Source: an uncultured Acidobacteriota bacterium
GTDB taxonomy: Bacteria > Acidobacteriota > Blastocatellia > RBC074
Assembly: GCA_963796275.1 (NCBI GenBank)
Contig: CAWCKY010000001.1
Coordinates: forward strand, 448,001-512,000
Direction of reading: 5' to 3'
DNA: 64,000 nt
Shown: positions 34,563 to 45,385 of the stretch, piece after piece
Layout: every line of letters begins with the position of its first letter
Position numbering within the stretch: position 1 is the first letter of the stretch
Position numbers and translations under genes: made by a program
The notes under the pieces: generated by a model
Databases searched by the model: none
What the model was told of the DNA's origin: nothing
What the model saw: the letters and a program-made list of their open reading frames with translations, nothing else

Positions 34563-35320
34563 AGGTTACGGATTTTGATATTGCGGAACCAGACGGCGTC
34601 GCCGTGATCCTGCAGCAGAATGTGCCCCTTCGGCGCTTCGCCGAATCCCTTCGTGTTCTTGAATTTGCTCTGGGCGATGCGCTGCTTGAAATCGGCGCTG
34701 CTGCGGTCAAATTCGAGGACTTTCACTCCATTAAGCCAGTGCTCGATGCGATTTCCTCTGACGACGATGCGGGTCTCATTGAACTGGCCGATCGGCTTGA
34801 CTTTTCGTGCGTTGCCTGGCGGGATCAGATCATAGAGGGCACCGGCAGTTCGATTGCCGCCAATCCCCATCTTCGCATCGGGGTGATTCTCATCGTCGAG
34901 CACCTGATATTCAAAGCTGACTCCGGATCTGCCCGATGGCGGCATGCTCTCCGTCACGAGATACTTGATGCCGCTGTTTCCGCGAGGGCTCAATTTCCAT
35001 TCGATCTGCAATTCAAAGTCAGAGAACTGATCGACGGTAATCAGATCGCCCCCCGCCCGGCCGAGCTGGCTTTGCGCCTGAACCTTCTTGATGGCTCCCT
35101 CTTCGATGGCCCAACCTTCGGGCACCTTATCGCTGTGAAAGCCGCGCCAGCCGTTGAACGTCTTGCCGTCGAATAACAATCGCCAACCGGCGGTCTTTTC
35201 TGTGCCGGTCAGTTGATTGATGGTCGCTTTAGCGGGTGTTTGAGAGCTTCCGTTTTGGGATATTACTAAAACGGCAAGGAAAGTGACGGACATCATTGAT
35301 GGAAAAAATTTGTTTTGCAT
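34559..35320 (-). CDS. DUF1080 family protein
   Basis: GWRLLFDGKTFNGW, GNSGIKY, GHILLQDHG..VWFRNIKIR. Confidence 0.9.
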   Translation of the reverse strand: MQNKFFPSMMSVTFLAVLVISQNGSSQTPAKATINQLTGTEKTAGWRLLFDGKTFNGWRGFHSDKVPEGWAIEEGAIKKVQAQSQLGRAGGDLITVDQFSDFELQIEWKLSPRGNSGIKYLVTESMPPSGRSGVSFEYQVLDDENHPDAKMGIGGNRTAGALYDLIPPGNARKVKPIGQFNETRIVVRGNRIEHWLNGVKVLEFDRSSADFKQRIAQSKFKNTKGFGEAPKGHILLQDHGDAVWFRNIKIRNL

Positions 35321-35563
35321 TATTTTCCTCAGAAAATAGACAGGATTTACAGGATCGAAGTAAATCCTGAAAAATCCTGTGAATCCCATCTGGATTTCAT
35401 CGTTTCAGAGCGTCTTCAAGTGAAGACACAGCTACTTGACAGTATTGTGGCGCACAGATAAATTCGCCGCGACTACTACCGATCACGAAATGTGCAGGCA
35501 TTATAAGCGCAATAATTGTTCAAGACCAGAAGCATGATCGCAAACATTATCGGAGGAAAGACT

Positions 35564-36910
35564 ATGAAACGCACTCTCGTTCTTTCACTGAGCGCCGCAA
35601 TTCTCCTGACCTCGGTGATCGTGGATATACCTGTTCTCTCGCAGATGGCGGTTCCGGGCCTGCCCACCGCTAAACCCGAAGATGTCGGTATGTCATCGGA
35701 ACGTCTGGGGCGCATTCGTACTGCGATGCAGCGTTACGTCGACCGCGGGCTCATACCCGGCACGGTAACGCTGGTCGCGCGGCGCGGACGTATTGTGCAT
35801 TTCGAGGCGATCGGTCATCGCGATGTGGAGAAGCGCGCCCCGATGACTACCGATACCATCTTTCGAATCGCCTCGATGACCAAGCCGATCGCTTCAGTCG
35901 CGTTGATGATGCTTTTCGAAGAGGGTCATTTCCTGCTCTCCGATCCAATCTCGAAATTCCTACCCGTGTTCTCAGACATGAAAGTTGCCCAGGTTGCGCC
36001 GGCGAACGAACGCATCGGAGCGCCATATAAACTCGTGCCCGCCGCGAGACCGATCACATTCAAGCATGTCCTGACTCATACGGCCGGATTCCCCAACTCT
36101 TATCGCGGATTGACGCAATCCGAGTTCGGCAAAATCTATTCGCGTAAGAATCCCAATGAAACAGTTGCTGATCTGGTAACCCGGCTGGCCCAAATGCCGC
36201 TCAACTTTCATCCGGGAGATAGTTGGGAATACGGACCCGCAACCGACGTAGCAGGCAGATTGGTCGAGGTCATTTCCGGAACGACGCTCGACGAGTTCCT
36301 GGCCAAGCGGATATTCGAACCGCTGAAGATGAAAGACACACACTTCTATCTGCCTAAGTCCAAGCTCGATCGCTTGGCTGCCAGCTATCAACCGGATGAA
36401 AATAACGGCAACAAGATCAAGCTCTTCGAGGCGCCCAATGCCGAGAGCCCGTTTGTGAAGGAACCGCAGGTCTACTTCTCGGGCGCAGGCGGCCTGGTTT
36501 CGACGGCGGGGGACTACTGGAGATTTCATCAGATGATGCTCAATGGCGGAGAGCTCGATGGCGCCAGGATCCTAGGTCGTAAAACCGTCGAGTTAATCAC
36601 GGCAAATCATACCGGCGATCTCCCACTCTGGCTGACCGGCCCAGGTTACGGTTTTGGTTTGGGCTACAGCGTTGTGAAGGACATAGGTGTAACCAGCCAG
36701 CCTGGCTCAATAGGCAACTACGGTTGGGGAGGTGCGCGCTGCACATTTTTCTGGGTAGACCCCGCAGAGGAGTTGATCGGAATACTCATGACACAGGTCC
36801 GCCCATATAATCACCTCAACATTCGCGCTGAATTTCAGGTGTTGGCCAATCAGGCGATCACCGACCATGTGAAACCGATGAATAAAAACGTCCAGACCAC
36901 GAAGCGCTGA
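35564..36910 (+). CDS. Serine hydrolase (beta-lactamase class C/esterase family)
   Basis: FRIASMTK, LTHTAG, PGDSWEYG, GWGGA. Confidence 0.9.
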   Translation: MKRTLVLSLSAAILLTSVIVDIPVLSQMAVPGLPTAKPEDVGMSSERLGRIRTAMQRYVDRGLIPGTVTLVARRGRIVHFEAIGHRDVEKRAPMTTDTIFRIASMTKPIASVALMMLFEEGHFLLSDPISKFLPVFSDMKVAQVAPANERIGAPYKLVPAARPITFKHVLTHTAGFPNSYRGLTQSEFGKIYSRKNPNETVADLVTRLAQMPLNFHPGDSWEYGPATDVAGRLVEVISGTTLDEFLAKRIFEPLKMKDTHFYLPKSKLDRLAASYQPDENNGNKIKLFEAPNAESPFVKEPQVYFSGAGGLVSTAGDYWRFHQMMLNGGELDGARILGRKTVELITANHTGDLPLWLTGPGYGFGLGYSVVKDIGVTSQPGSIGNYGWGGARCTFFWVDPAEELIGILMTQVRPYNHLNIRAEFQVLANQAITDHVKPMNKNVQTTKR

Positions 36911-36963
36911 TCGCAAGTTTGTTGAACTAAATATAATCAAGATATTCAAGGAGGAGAAACACT

Positions 36964-37485
36964 ATGAAGAACCCTTTTTTATTCCTGGGCCTATGTGCCG
37001 TATTTCTGCTGACTCTCTTCGTTTCCGCCGATGCTCAGACGAAGCCTGCCGGAGCGAATTTCGCCGGCACCTGGGTCCTGGATAAGGCGAAGAGCGAATT
37101 GCCACAGATGATGCAGAATCTCGACGGCGTTACCTGGGTTATCACACAAGATGACAAACAGCTCACCAGGGAGCAAAGATTTGAAGGCGGTGGCCGCGGC
37201 AGGATCGGAAATGTTCCGCTGACGTTCAAGCTCGATGGCAGCGAGACTTCTACGGACGCGCCTCAGATTTCCGGAAAGAGGATTGCCAAGTCTCAATGGC
37301 AGGGAGACGGAAAAATCCTTGAAGTGAGTGTAGTCACGACCGGCAGCTTTCAGGGCAACGATATAAAATCAACGACAACCGAGCATTGGGAATTAGCGGA
37401 AGGCGGGAAGGTACTCAAAGTCCATCAACAGATCGAAGGTACGCGCGGAAATTTCGAATCGAAGTTGTTCTTCAATAAGAAATAG
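36964..37485 (+). CDS. Secreted hypothetical protein
   Basis: Signal peptide, NFAGTWVLDKAKS; GGAGG RBS. Confidence 0.8.
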   Translation: MKNPFLFLGLCAVFLLTLFVSADAQTKPAGANFAGTWVLDKAKSELPQMMQNLDGVTWVITQDDKQLTREQRFEGGGRGRIGNVPLTFKLDGSETSTDAPQISGKRIAKSQWQGDGKILEVSVVTTGSFQGNDIKSTTTEHWELAEGGKVLKVHQQIEGTRGNFESKLFFNKK

Positions 37486-37562
37486 CGCGGCGGGAAACAA
37501 AAAAGGCAAATTTGCAAAAATAACAATATTTCGCATCTTTGCCTTTTTTGTATCGGAAAACC

Positions 37563-38126
37563 TCAACTCAACTTTTTCACCAATGCCTGCATCTGTTTAA
37601 ACTCAGGCGTCCCCGCATTGCACAGCTCGAAAAGGGCCGTCTCGATCGATGAAACGATGGCTCCCGCCTCCGTCATCTTTTGTATTGCCACCTCGCGGTT
37701 ATGCGCCAGCCTGGTTGAAAGCGCATCGGTCAAGAGATGCACCTGGAAACCATTCTGAATGAGATCGTGGGCCGTCTGGCTAACACAGATGTGAGCCTCG
37801 ATGCCGCATATCATAACCTGCTCGACATGACGCTCGCGCAACCTGGTGTCGAACTCCTGCACTCCGCAGGCTGAGAAAGAGAGTTTTTCAATCGGCTCCA
37901 GTCCGTCGGTGATCTGTTCGGTAATCTCTTCTACCGTATGACCGAGACCTTTGGGGTATTGTTCGGTGACTATTACCGGCAACCCGAGCAGCCGGCAAGC
38001 TTGCACCATCAATGCGACGCGCTCTGCTGTTTGAGCGAATCCCGTGATGACCGGGCGGAAGCCTTCCTGCATATCGATCACTGCCAGCGCGGCACGTTTG
38101 CGGTCGAGTAAATTTGGATGTCTCAT
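37563..38126 (-). CDS. Isochorismatase family hydrolase
   Basis: VIDMQ, TEQYPKGLG, K..FS, GIEAHICV. Confidence 0.9.
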   Translation of the reverse strand: MRHPNLLDRKRAALAVIDMQEGFRPVITGFAQTAERVALMVQACRLLGLPVIVTEQYPKGLGHTVEEITEQITDGLEPIEKLSFSACGVQEFDTRLRERHVEQVMICGIEAHICVSQTAHDLIQNGFQVHLLTDALSTRLAHNREVAIQKMTEAGAIVSSIETALFELCNAGTPEFKQMQALVKKLS

Positions 38127-38127
38127 A

Positions 38128-39075
38128 TCAATCTTTTGTCGCGGGGTTGGTTGGCACTGGAGAGATAGCCGGATCGCTCGTCACCCAGGCTGTCCACCAC
38201 AGGTCTCGCAGCAGCTGCGCCCCCGCGGCCAACCTGGCAGCCGCGAATTTCTTATGTCCCGGCGCAACATTCTCTTTACTGAACTGTTCTTGCTTGTCGA
38301 GGATGTAAAGTTGTTCAACGTGAGAGTTCGAGTCGCGCAGATATCCCCAGACCTCTTCGCGCGGATTTGAGACGACCTTCGCCTTATCGTCGACAAGCGG
38401 TATCACGTCGCTCAATTTTATCTGCGCGCCAACAAATTCCTCCTCGAACCTGAAATGTATTCCGCGCTCGCGTGAAAATATCGCATAACCTTGGGGATTG
38501 GATCCGCTCCATCCGTTGAAATGTATGGTCGTATGATGAGGGTTAGCGCCATCGCTCACATAATGGCCGAGAATCCCCGCGTCGTTGACGATCCGTGCCT
38601 CTATCCACTTTCGTCTCTGCTGGTCCGTCTCTGCACGCCATAGGCGAAAATCCACGCGGATGCGTTGAAACAGTTCGAGGATGCGGTAGGGCAGGAATCC
38701 GGCCTTTGTTGGCTTCTGCCCGGCGTTGATCATCTCCGCTACAAAATCATATCGATTCACGGCTCGCGTTGCGCTCTCCGGCACGAGTTCCATATCTAGA
38801 AAGTGATCAGGAGCTGAGGCTGTGTCCATGGCCTTGTCCAGATTCGATTCCGCCTTGTCGCGCCAGCGGTCGGGTTCGATATTGAGGTATCCGAGTTGAT
38901 CGACCGATTGGCGAACGAAACCCGGCATCTCCTTCGGCAACTTCATTGCGGCGGCGCGGCCGGATATCTCGTGCCCATGTGGCCCCCAACCTCGCACGTA
39001 AGGCGATCCGGTCGCCATTATCGCAATCGCGATCAGCAGGGAAATAAAAATTCGTATCGTGCCAGCTTTTATCAT
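38128..39075 (-). CDS. S1/P1 nuclease family protein
   Basis: Signal peptide followed by WGPHGH, PDRW, HYVSDGANPHH, IHFRFE. Confidence 0.8.
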   Translation of the reverse strand: MIKAGTIRIFISLLIAIAIMATGSPYVRGWGPHGHEISGRAAAMKLPKEMPGFVRQSVDQLGYLNIEPDRWRDKAESNLDKAMDTASAPDHFLDMELVPESATRAVNRYDFVAEMINAGQKPTKAGFLPYRILELFQRIRVDFRLWRAETDQQRRKWIEARIVNDAGILGHYVSDGANPHHTTIHFNGWSGSNPQGYAIFSRERGIHFRFEEEFVGAQIKLSDVIPLVDDKAKVVSNPREEVWGYLRDSNSHVEQLYILDKQEQFSKENVAPGHKKFAAARLAAGAQLLRDLWWTAWVTSDPAISPVPTNPATKD

Positions 39076-39328
39076 CTCTGTGCCTCTGTGGTTATCTCAA
39101 GCATGTCGCATTCGTACGGATATCATTTCTATCACAATATTATAAAGATATTGAATTCGGGTATGTACGCCCTGGAGGGGCAGAAAAAGTTTGCCAGTAG
39201 TTTACGCTACCCTCAGTCGGAATCCTCCCTCCCATTTAATAGGTTGCATATAATAGTCAAAGACCGCTATTGCTGGCTACTCTCAACTATTCTTAAGGGG
39301 ACAAAGAAAGCTGAGATTGCCGAGCCCT

Positions 39329-40876
39329 TCATTTCCGTGGAGCCAGGTCGACACCGTAAAGTTTTTTACCCTCCAGGTCGTGCAAATTGACCGTCATGGC
39401 TTCGGTTCTCCCGTCGATTCTGACGGAGCCGAAAAACTGCAGCCCATCGCTTGGAGGACGGTTCTTTTTCAACCCATTCGGTACGCCGGTGAATTTCACC
39501 TGCGGTCCGAACGTATCGTCAATTTTGCCGGGATCAAAAGTGCCTGCGTTGAGCGGTCCGGCAATAAATTCCCAAAAGGGGTTAAAGTCAGTAAATTTAG
39601 CTTTGACGGGATCGTAATAATGAGCGGCACTATAATGGACATCAGCCGTCACCCACACAACATTATTGATTTTCCGCTGTTTTATGAAACGCAGCAGGTC
39701 CGCTATCTCAAGCTCGCGACCCAAAGCGGGTCCGTTACCGTTGGCGCAGTTTTCGAACCTGTCGCTGCCATCGGGCACGATAATGCCGATCGGCATACTG
39801 CTTGCCACGACCTTCCATGTAGCTTTCGACATCAATAGGCGCTGCTTGAGCCAGTTGAGTTGTCGAGCGCCCAGGAATAGAGTCTCGTCGCTCGCTGCCG
39901 CCTGATTATTTGCCGTATTCGGCCCGCGGTAGCTTCGTTCATCCAGCATCAACACATCAAGCAGCGGACCGTAGCTATATGCCCGATAGATACGTTCGGA
40001 GTCGTCGATGTTTAAACGGATCGGCAGGTAGTCGAGAAAAGCCCGCCTGGCCCGGGCCGCCAGCAGGTCAGCGCTCTTCACCGTGTAGTTGTCGTCATCG
40101 ATGATCTGACCTGGAAACCAATTGTTGCGCGTCTCGTGGTCATCCCACTGCGCAAGCACAGGCACTTCCGAGTTGAAGCGTCGCAGGTTTTCATCCATCA
40201 GGTTGTAACGGTAATTGCCGCGAAATTCATCGAGCGTTTCTGCCACTTTCGACTTTTCCGGCGTCGCGATATTCTTCCAGATTGAGCCGTCATCGAGTTT
40301 AACCTCGGCCTTTAACACTCCATCTGCATATATGGTATCCCCGGAGTGAATGAAGAAATCCGGACTGAGCCTTCGCATGGCTTCAAAGATTTTCATTCCA
40401 CCAAATTCGGGATTGATACCCCATCCTTGCCCGCAAACGTCGCCACCCCAGACAAAGGTAATCGCGCGGCGAGTTCTAGGGACGGTTCGAAAACTCCCGG
40501 TGACCGGCTCGCTGAAAACCCTGACATCGGTTAAATCCTGAAATGTCACGCGATAGTTAATCTGCTGTCCGGCAGGCAAATCGATCAGATCGACGCGCGC
40601 CGTAAAATCGCTCGGCTCGAGCGCAACCGGGCCGGTTATTCGTTGGACATTCTGGAAAGAGTCAGTCGTTGCATATTCCACGATCATCCGTGCTGGCCGA
40701 TCGCAGCGGCTCCAGATGATCGCCCGATCGGATGTCACATCGCCCGTCTGAACGCCGTAAGCGATTTTGGGTCTAGCTGAGGTGATGATCGCCGGGGAGC
40801 TATTCGGGCGCAAAGAGTGATGGATCAACCCACCGCCAGCCACCGCGGCGGTGAGTATGAATTGTCGTCTTTTCAT
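39329..40876 (-). CDS. phoD: Alkaline phosphatase D, Tat-exported
   Basis: MKRRQF Tat motif, SGDTIYAD, WDDHE, ADVHY. Confidence 0.9.
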   Translation of the reverse strand: MKRRQFILTAAVAGGGLIHHSLRPNSSPAIITSARPKIAYGVQTGDVTSDRAIIWSRCDRPARMIVEYATTDSFQNVQRITGPVALEPSDFTARVDLIDLPAGQQINYRVTFQDLTDVRVFSEPVTGSFRTVPRTRRAITFVWGGDVCGQGWGINPEFGGMKIFEAMRRLSPDFFIHSGDTIYADGVLKAEVKLDDGSIWKNIATPEKSKVAETLDEFRGNYRYNLMDENLRRFNSEVPVLAQWDDHETRNNWFPGQIIDDDNYTVKSADLLAARARRAFLDYLPIRLNIDDSERIYRAYSYGPLLDVLMLDERSYRGPNTANNQAAASDETLFLGARQLNWLKQRLLMSKATWKVVASSMPIGIIVPDGSDRFENCANGNGPALGRELEIADLLRFIKQRKINNVVWVTADVHYSAAHYYDPVKAKFTDFNPFWEFIAGPLNAGTFDPGKIDDTFGPQVKFTGVPNGLKKNRPPSDGLQFFGSVRIDGRTEAMTVNLHDLEGKKLYGVDLAPRK

Positions 40877-41526
40877 TATCCTTTTTGCCGCTCCCAGGCT
40901 TCCACCTGTTTCTTCGAGCGGTTGAGGACAATGCGCTCCCGCTCGATTTTTGCCACCCAATCAGCCGGAACTCTCATCGGATGCTTCAGCACATAACCCC
41001 GCGTGATGATTATGCCGCTCAATCCCCAATCGGGCTCGGATAACAAAACTTCATGCACTTCACCGAGCTTATGCCCATCGCACGACTCGACATAGATGCC
41101 TCGCCGAATCGCGCTTTCAGAGGGCGCAAGCAATTGATCGGTGACTACCACACCTGGCGTATGCAGTGGGTCTCCGAAAGCATTGGCGAAAAGCGGGACG
41201 AAGTAGTTTATCCAATCCGTCGGTTTAACCTTGGATCGTGGATGTTCGACCTGCTCCTCGTCGAGCAGATCGAGCCTCACGTAATGCTGAAGCTCGAAGT
41301 TTGGCAGCGCTGCGATCTGATCATGCGATTGTTCGATTCGTACACGATCGCGATCAGACCCAAACACCCACTCGACCGGCATCAAGATGTGGCGCGCGTA
41401 AAGCGCCCGACCCTGTTTAACGACCAGGTGAGTCGCCTCGTATGACTCGCGGTCGAGAACTATACATTCGAGTCGCCCGATATCTTCTCCATAATTTTCA
41501 ACAGTTGCTCCGATATGGATATCCAT
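40876..41526 (-). CDS. PRC-barrel domain protein
   Basis: Two GxxV...G..IG/LG.V..V repeats; TAATG coupling to phoD. Confidence 0.75.
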   Translation of the reverse strand: MDIHIGATVENYGEDIGRLECIVLDRESYEATHLVVKQGRALYARHILMPVEWVFGSDRDRVRIEQSHDQIAALPNFELQHYVRLDLLDEEQVEHPRSKVKPTDWINYFVPLFANAFGDPLHTPGVVVTDQLLAPSESAIRRGIYVESCDGHKLGEVHEVLLSEPDWGLSGIIITRGYVLKHPMRVPADWVAKIERERIVLNRSKKQVEAWERQKG

Positions 41527-41652
41527 AGACCCGCTCCCTTCTCAATGAGAGGAAATGGAGGGTCAAATTCAAAGAAGACACGAGGACAATGAAATGTGGA
41601 TTTCTCATTGCCTCTGTGGGCCCCCGCTCACTTCGTCTCCCAGTCTTTGCCT

Positions 41653-44319
41653 TCAATTTCCTCCACCCACTCTCCCCTTGCCTCTGTGCCTCTTTCTGTT
41701 CTCGTCCCCTTTTTCTTTCTGGTCTTTCCGTTCTTTCTCCTCTCCCTCATCTTCATCGTCGTCATCTTCGATAACTCTGACAAAAGCGCTCCGCACCGGA
41801 GCTGGCATTTGCGAATCGGCGCCGCGCACCGCTTTCCAGATGATCTCGTTGAATTCGACATCCGGCGCAGCATCTTCCTTACTGAAATCCAACTGCATAG
41901 AGCGGTCCGCGCCGGGCGCGTCCGCTTGATTCTTCTCGCTCAGATCGACGAGCGAGGGACGGTGCTTGAACGTCGCAAGGTCCGCCTTGTAGGTGAAACA
42001 ATTGTACATCGGAGTGGCCGCCGCATCGTACTGGCTCATCGGGGGCAGGCCGAGTATCAATTCCATGGTGCGCAGCATGCTCGAGGTCGTGTACATCGTC
42101 GAATCGACGATCTTTCGTTTGGTATACGGGCTGACCACGAACGCGATGGACCGATGCGCATCGACGTGATCGGAACCGTTTTGAGCATCATCTTCGAGAA
42201 CAAATATTGCCGTCTTCGCCCAGTACTTGCTGTTCGTCACAGCCTCGACCAACCGGCCGAGCGCCAGATCGTTATCGGCGACATAAGCGCGCGGAGTCGG
42301 GGCTCCCGGGCGCGTCCCCTGCGTGTGATTATTGCCGATGCGCACAATCTGAAATTGCGGTAATTTCCCGTTCTTTTCGTACTCGCGAAATTCTTCGAGC
42401 CAGCGGTCGATGCGCGTGTTATCGGTGATCGAGAGATTGTACGGCGGAAAAGTCGGGCTGAAATGACCGATTAGCGCTTCCTCGGATGTGTAGTATTCGT
42501 CGCCCGGCTTGCGATCGATCCCCTGGTCGGCTTCTCCACCGCCGCCGGCTTTGACGTCCTTGACGCCGACGAATTCACCGTAACTGCGATAGGTGATCTT
42601 GGCGGCAGCGCAATAGTCCCAGATATAACCACGCGTCGGACGCGCGATTTTCTTGCTTCCTTCGTAATCGTACGTTCGGCCCCGCCGCGAATAATTGGTC
42701 GGCCAGGTTTTTTCTACATAATCGGTCGCATAAGCGCCCATCGACCAGTTATGGCCGTCGGCCGAAACCTCGGCATCGACATAGAAGTTGTCGAGCAACA
42801 CGAATTCGCGCGCGAGCGCGTGTTGATTCGGCGTCACATCCTCCCCGAAGAGGCAGATGCTCGAATCGCCATTTCCTTCCGGCATATCTCCGAGCACCTG
42901 ATCATAAGTCCGATTCTCTTTGATCACATAGATCACGTGCTTGATAGGCGATGGATCGCCGACGCGCACCGGGATAGCGGTCTTCACGCGCGGCGCCCGC
43001 GCAGCTTTCAACAATTCGTCTGTGTATGGCGCGTTGGCATAGACGCGGCGGGTGAGTTGAGCGAGCTTGCGCTTATCAGGCAGGTCGATGAGTGAGACCG
43101 TGCCCTTCAGCAAGGCGCCGATGTATTGCGTATCTTTATCGCGCGGCTTGGTCGGTTGAGGACCTCTCGGGTTCGCCAGAGAGGCGACGCCCTTGCCATT
43201 AGCAACGAAGAGCTTCTTGCCGTCTTTGCTCAACCTGACAGAGGTCGGATACCAGCCGGTCGGGATGAAACCTTCGACCTCGCTATTGCCGCGTTTTGCG
43301 ACATCGGCGATCGCGATATTGTTGTTATCCGCATTGGCGATATAGAGCGTCTTTTCATCGGGTGAAAGCGCGAGCGCATTCGGCGTACTGCCGATCGGCG
43401 ATTTCGGATGAAGCGCCGTCGAGATGACCTCGATCTCTTTCATCTGCTCCGTATCGATAACCGAAACCGTGTTGCTGTTGGCGTTGGCGACATAGAGCGT
43501 CTTGCCGTCGCGCGTCAGTTCCAGATCGTTAGGGTGATCGCCGACCGTAATATTGGTCACTACCCGCTTCTCGGCCGTGTCGATGACCGCGATATTGCGA
43601 GCCCCCCAGTTACTGACATATGCCCGCTTGCCGTCCTCCGATATTACACAGTCGTATGGATATTCGCCGACGTCTATCTTCGTGATGATTCGTTTTGCGG
43701 TGAGATCGATCACGGCGACTTTTTTGGACAGGTTCTCCGCCGTATAGAGAATCTTACCATCTGGCGTGATAGCGATCCCGGCAGGGAAAGCGAATTCGCC
43801 TCGTCCGTCCCGGCGTGCCTGATCGCGCGCCTTTTCATCGAGCGCGTGATATTCGGTGCTGCCGAGGTTTATTTTGCCGGCTTCCGTAGCCGCGCCGGCC
43901 GTGAAATCAAAGATCAATACCTCGTTGTCATCACCGCCCGAGACGTAAAACCGGGTACCGTCGGGAGCGAACGCCAATCCGAGCCAGGACTTTTTAACTT
44001 CAATCACCTGGATGCTGCGACCCTCTGTCAAATCGAGTACGTTTATCGTCTGCGGCCCGTATCCGTTTGTCGCGACCAGGAGGTAGCGGCCGTCATTGCT
44101 CATCGCCATATTCAACGGGAGATCGCTCACCGGTATCTGCGAGCCCTCGGGCGTCAGCGTCCATCCGTTGGGGAGTAAAGTTCCTCTGGTTGTCTTTCCC
44201 GGAAGTTTGCGTGGCGCGGGTTTAGGTTTCGCTTGTGCGAGGCCGATGATGAGATTAATCGGCAGCAGCAGTGAAAGACAGAGCAACGCGACGATTGGTT
44301 TTGCGAGACGAACAGGCAT
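41653..44319 (-). CDS. YncE/YVTN beta-propeller plus alkaline-phosphatase-superfamily phosphoesterase
   Basis: YVSN/YVAN repeats, KENRTYDQVLGD, EDDAQNGSDHVDAHRS. Confidence 0.9.
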   Translation of the reverse strand: MPVRLAKPIVALLCLSLLLPINLIIGLAQAKPKPAPRKLPGKTTRGTLLPNGWTLTPEGSQIPVSDLPLNMAMSNDGRYLLVATNGYGPQTINVLDLTEGRSIQVIEVKKSWLGLAFAPDGTRFYVSGGDDNEVLIFDFTAGAATEAGKINLGSTEYHALDEKARDQARRDGRGEFAFPAGIAITPDGKILYTAENLSKKVAVIDLTAKRIITKIDVGEYPYDCVISEDGKRAYVSNWGARNIAVIDTAEKRVVTNITVGDHPNDLELTRDGKTLYVANANSNTVSVIDTEQMKEIEVISTALHPKSPIGSTPNALALSPDEKTLYIANADNNNIAIADVAKRGNSEVEGFIPTGWYPTSVRLSKDGKKLFVANGKGVASLANPRGPQPTKPRDKDTQYIGALLKGTVSLIDLPDKRKLAQLTRRVYANAPYTDELLKAARAPRVKTAIPVRVGDPSPIKHVIYVIKENRTYDQVLGDMPEGNGDSSICLFGEDVTPNQHALAREFVLLDNFYVDAEVSADGHNWSMGAYATDYVEKTWPTNYSRRGRTYDYEGSKKIARPTRGYIWDYCAAAKITYRSYGEFVGVKDVKAGGGGEADQGIDRKPGDEYYTSEEALIGHFSPTFPPYNLSITDNTRIDRWLEEFREYEKNGKLPQFQIVRIGNNHTQGTRPGAPTPRAYVADNDLALGRLVEAVTNSKYWAKTAIFVLEDDAQNGSDHVDAHRSIAFVVSPYTKRKIVDSTMYTTSSMLRTMELILGLPPMSQYDAAATPMYNCFTYKADLATFKHRPSLVDLSEKNQADAPGADRSMQLDFSKEDAAPDVEFNEIIWKAVRGADSQMPAPVRSAFVRVIEDDDDEDEGEEKERKDQKEKGDENRKRHRGKGRVGGGN

Positions 44320-44477
44320 TACTTCTCCTAAAAAAGACGCAACTGGTTGTGCAGATGTTCTATGATGGAAATGAAAAAGAGAAAGGCAACAGCGCGAGCG
44401 ATAGGAAGAGAGTCTGCACCAACGTACTATCCGGGTAGACACGCTCGCCCCGCTGAACTGCTTCCCCCTTACGACCT

Positions 44478-45359
44478 TTAGCTCAGCGTATTCAGCGATA
44501 CAAGAGCAGGCTCGGCGAGCTCATCGTCATAATGCATGCCGATAGCGGCATCGAGTTCGACAGAGAGATTGCCGATTCCCGCCGAAAGAGATTTGAAATC
44601 GAATAGCTCCGGATCGAGCAGATGTGTAGGCACAGCGTTGCCCAGGGCCGTCAACATTGATTTACGGATGTTTGGGATCTCTTTTTGCAATTCGTCGATC
44701 AGCCGTTTCACGCGTTTGCGCTTCAGATTCTCCTGCGAGCCGCACAGATCGCAGGGGATAATGGGGAATTTTTGTCCTTCCGCGAAAGCAGCGATATCCT
44801 TCTCCCAGATGTATGCCATCGGCCGGATCACCGTATTGCGTCCGTCATCAGCGCGCAATACCGGCGGCATCGCCTTCAGGGTGCCGATGTAAAACAGATT
44901 GAGCAAAAACGTCTGCAGAATATCATCGGCGTGATGTCCCAAGGCGATCTTCGTACAACCTTCCTCGACCGCAATATTGTAAAGGATGCCACGACGCAAT
45001 CGCGAGCAGACGGAGCAATAGGTCTTGCCTTCGGGAACAAGTCGTTTGACGACCGAATACGTATCTCGCTCGACGATGCGGAAGGGGATATTCAGTCCAG
45101 ACAGATAACCGGGCAGCACGTGAGCCGGAAAGCCCGGTTGCTTTTGATCGAGGTTGACCGCAAGCAATTCAAAATTGACCGGGGCCTTGCGCTGTAACGC
45201 CAGGAGCAGATTGAGCAGCGTGTAACTGTCCTTGCCTCCGCTCAAACAGACCATAATCCGGTCGCCATCTGAGATCATCCGGAAATCTTTGATGGCTTCA
45301 CCCATGCGGCGCAAAAGAATCTTTTTCAGTTGTTCGCTACTGTCGATCATAGGAAACAA
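44478..45359 (-). CDS. ttcA: tRNA 2-thiocytidine(32) synthetase
   Basis: SGGKDS PP-loop, [23 protein letters not shown]. Confidence 0.94.
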   Translation of the reverse strand: MFPMIDSSEQLKKILLRRMGEAIKDFRMISDGDRIMVCLSGGKDSYTLLNLLLALQRKAPVNFELLAVNLDQKQPGFPAHVLPGYLSGLNIPFRIVERDTYSVVKRLVPEGKTYCSVCSRLRRGILYNIAVEEGCTKIALGHHADDILQTFLLNLFYIGTLKAMPPVLRADDGRNTVIRPMAYIWEKDIAAFAEGQKFPIIPCDLCGSQENLKRKRVKRLIDELQKEIPNIRKSMLTALGNAVPTHLLDPELFDFKSLSAGIGNLSVELDAAIGMHYDDELAEPALVSLNTLS

Positions 45360-45385
45360 AGATTAGGCTAAGGGCTGCGGAAAGG

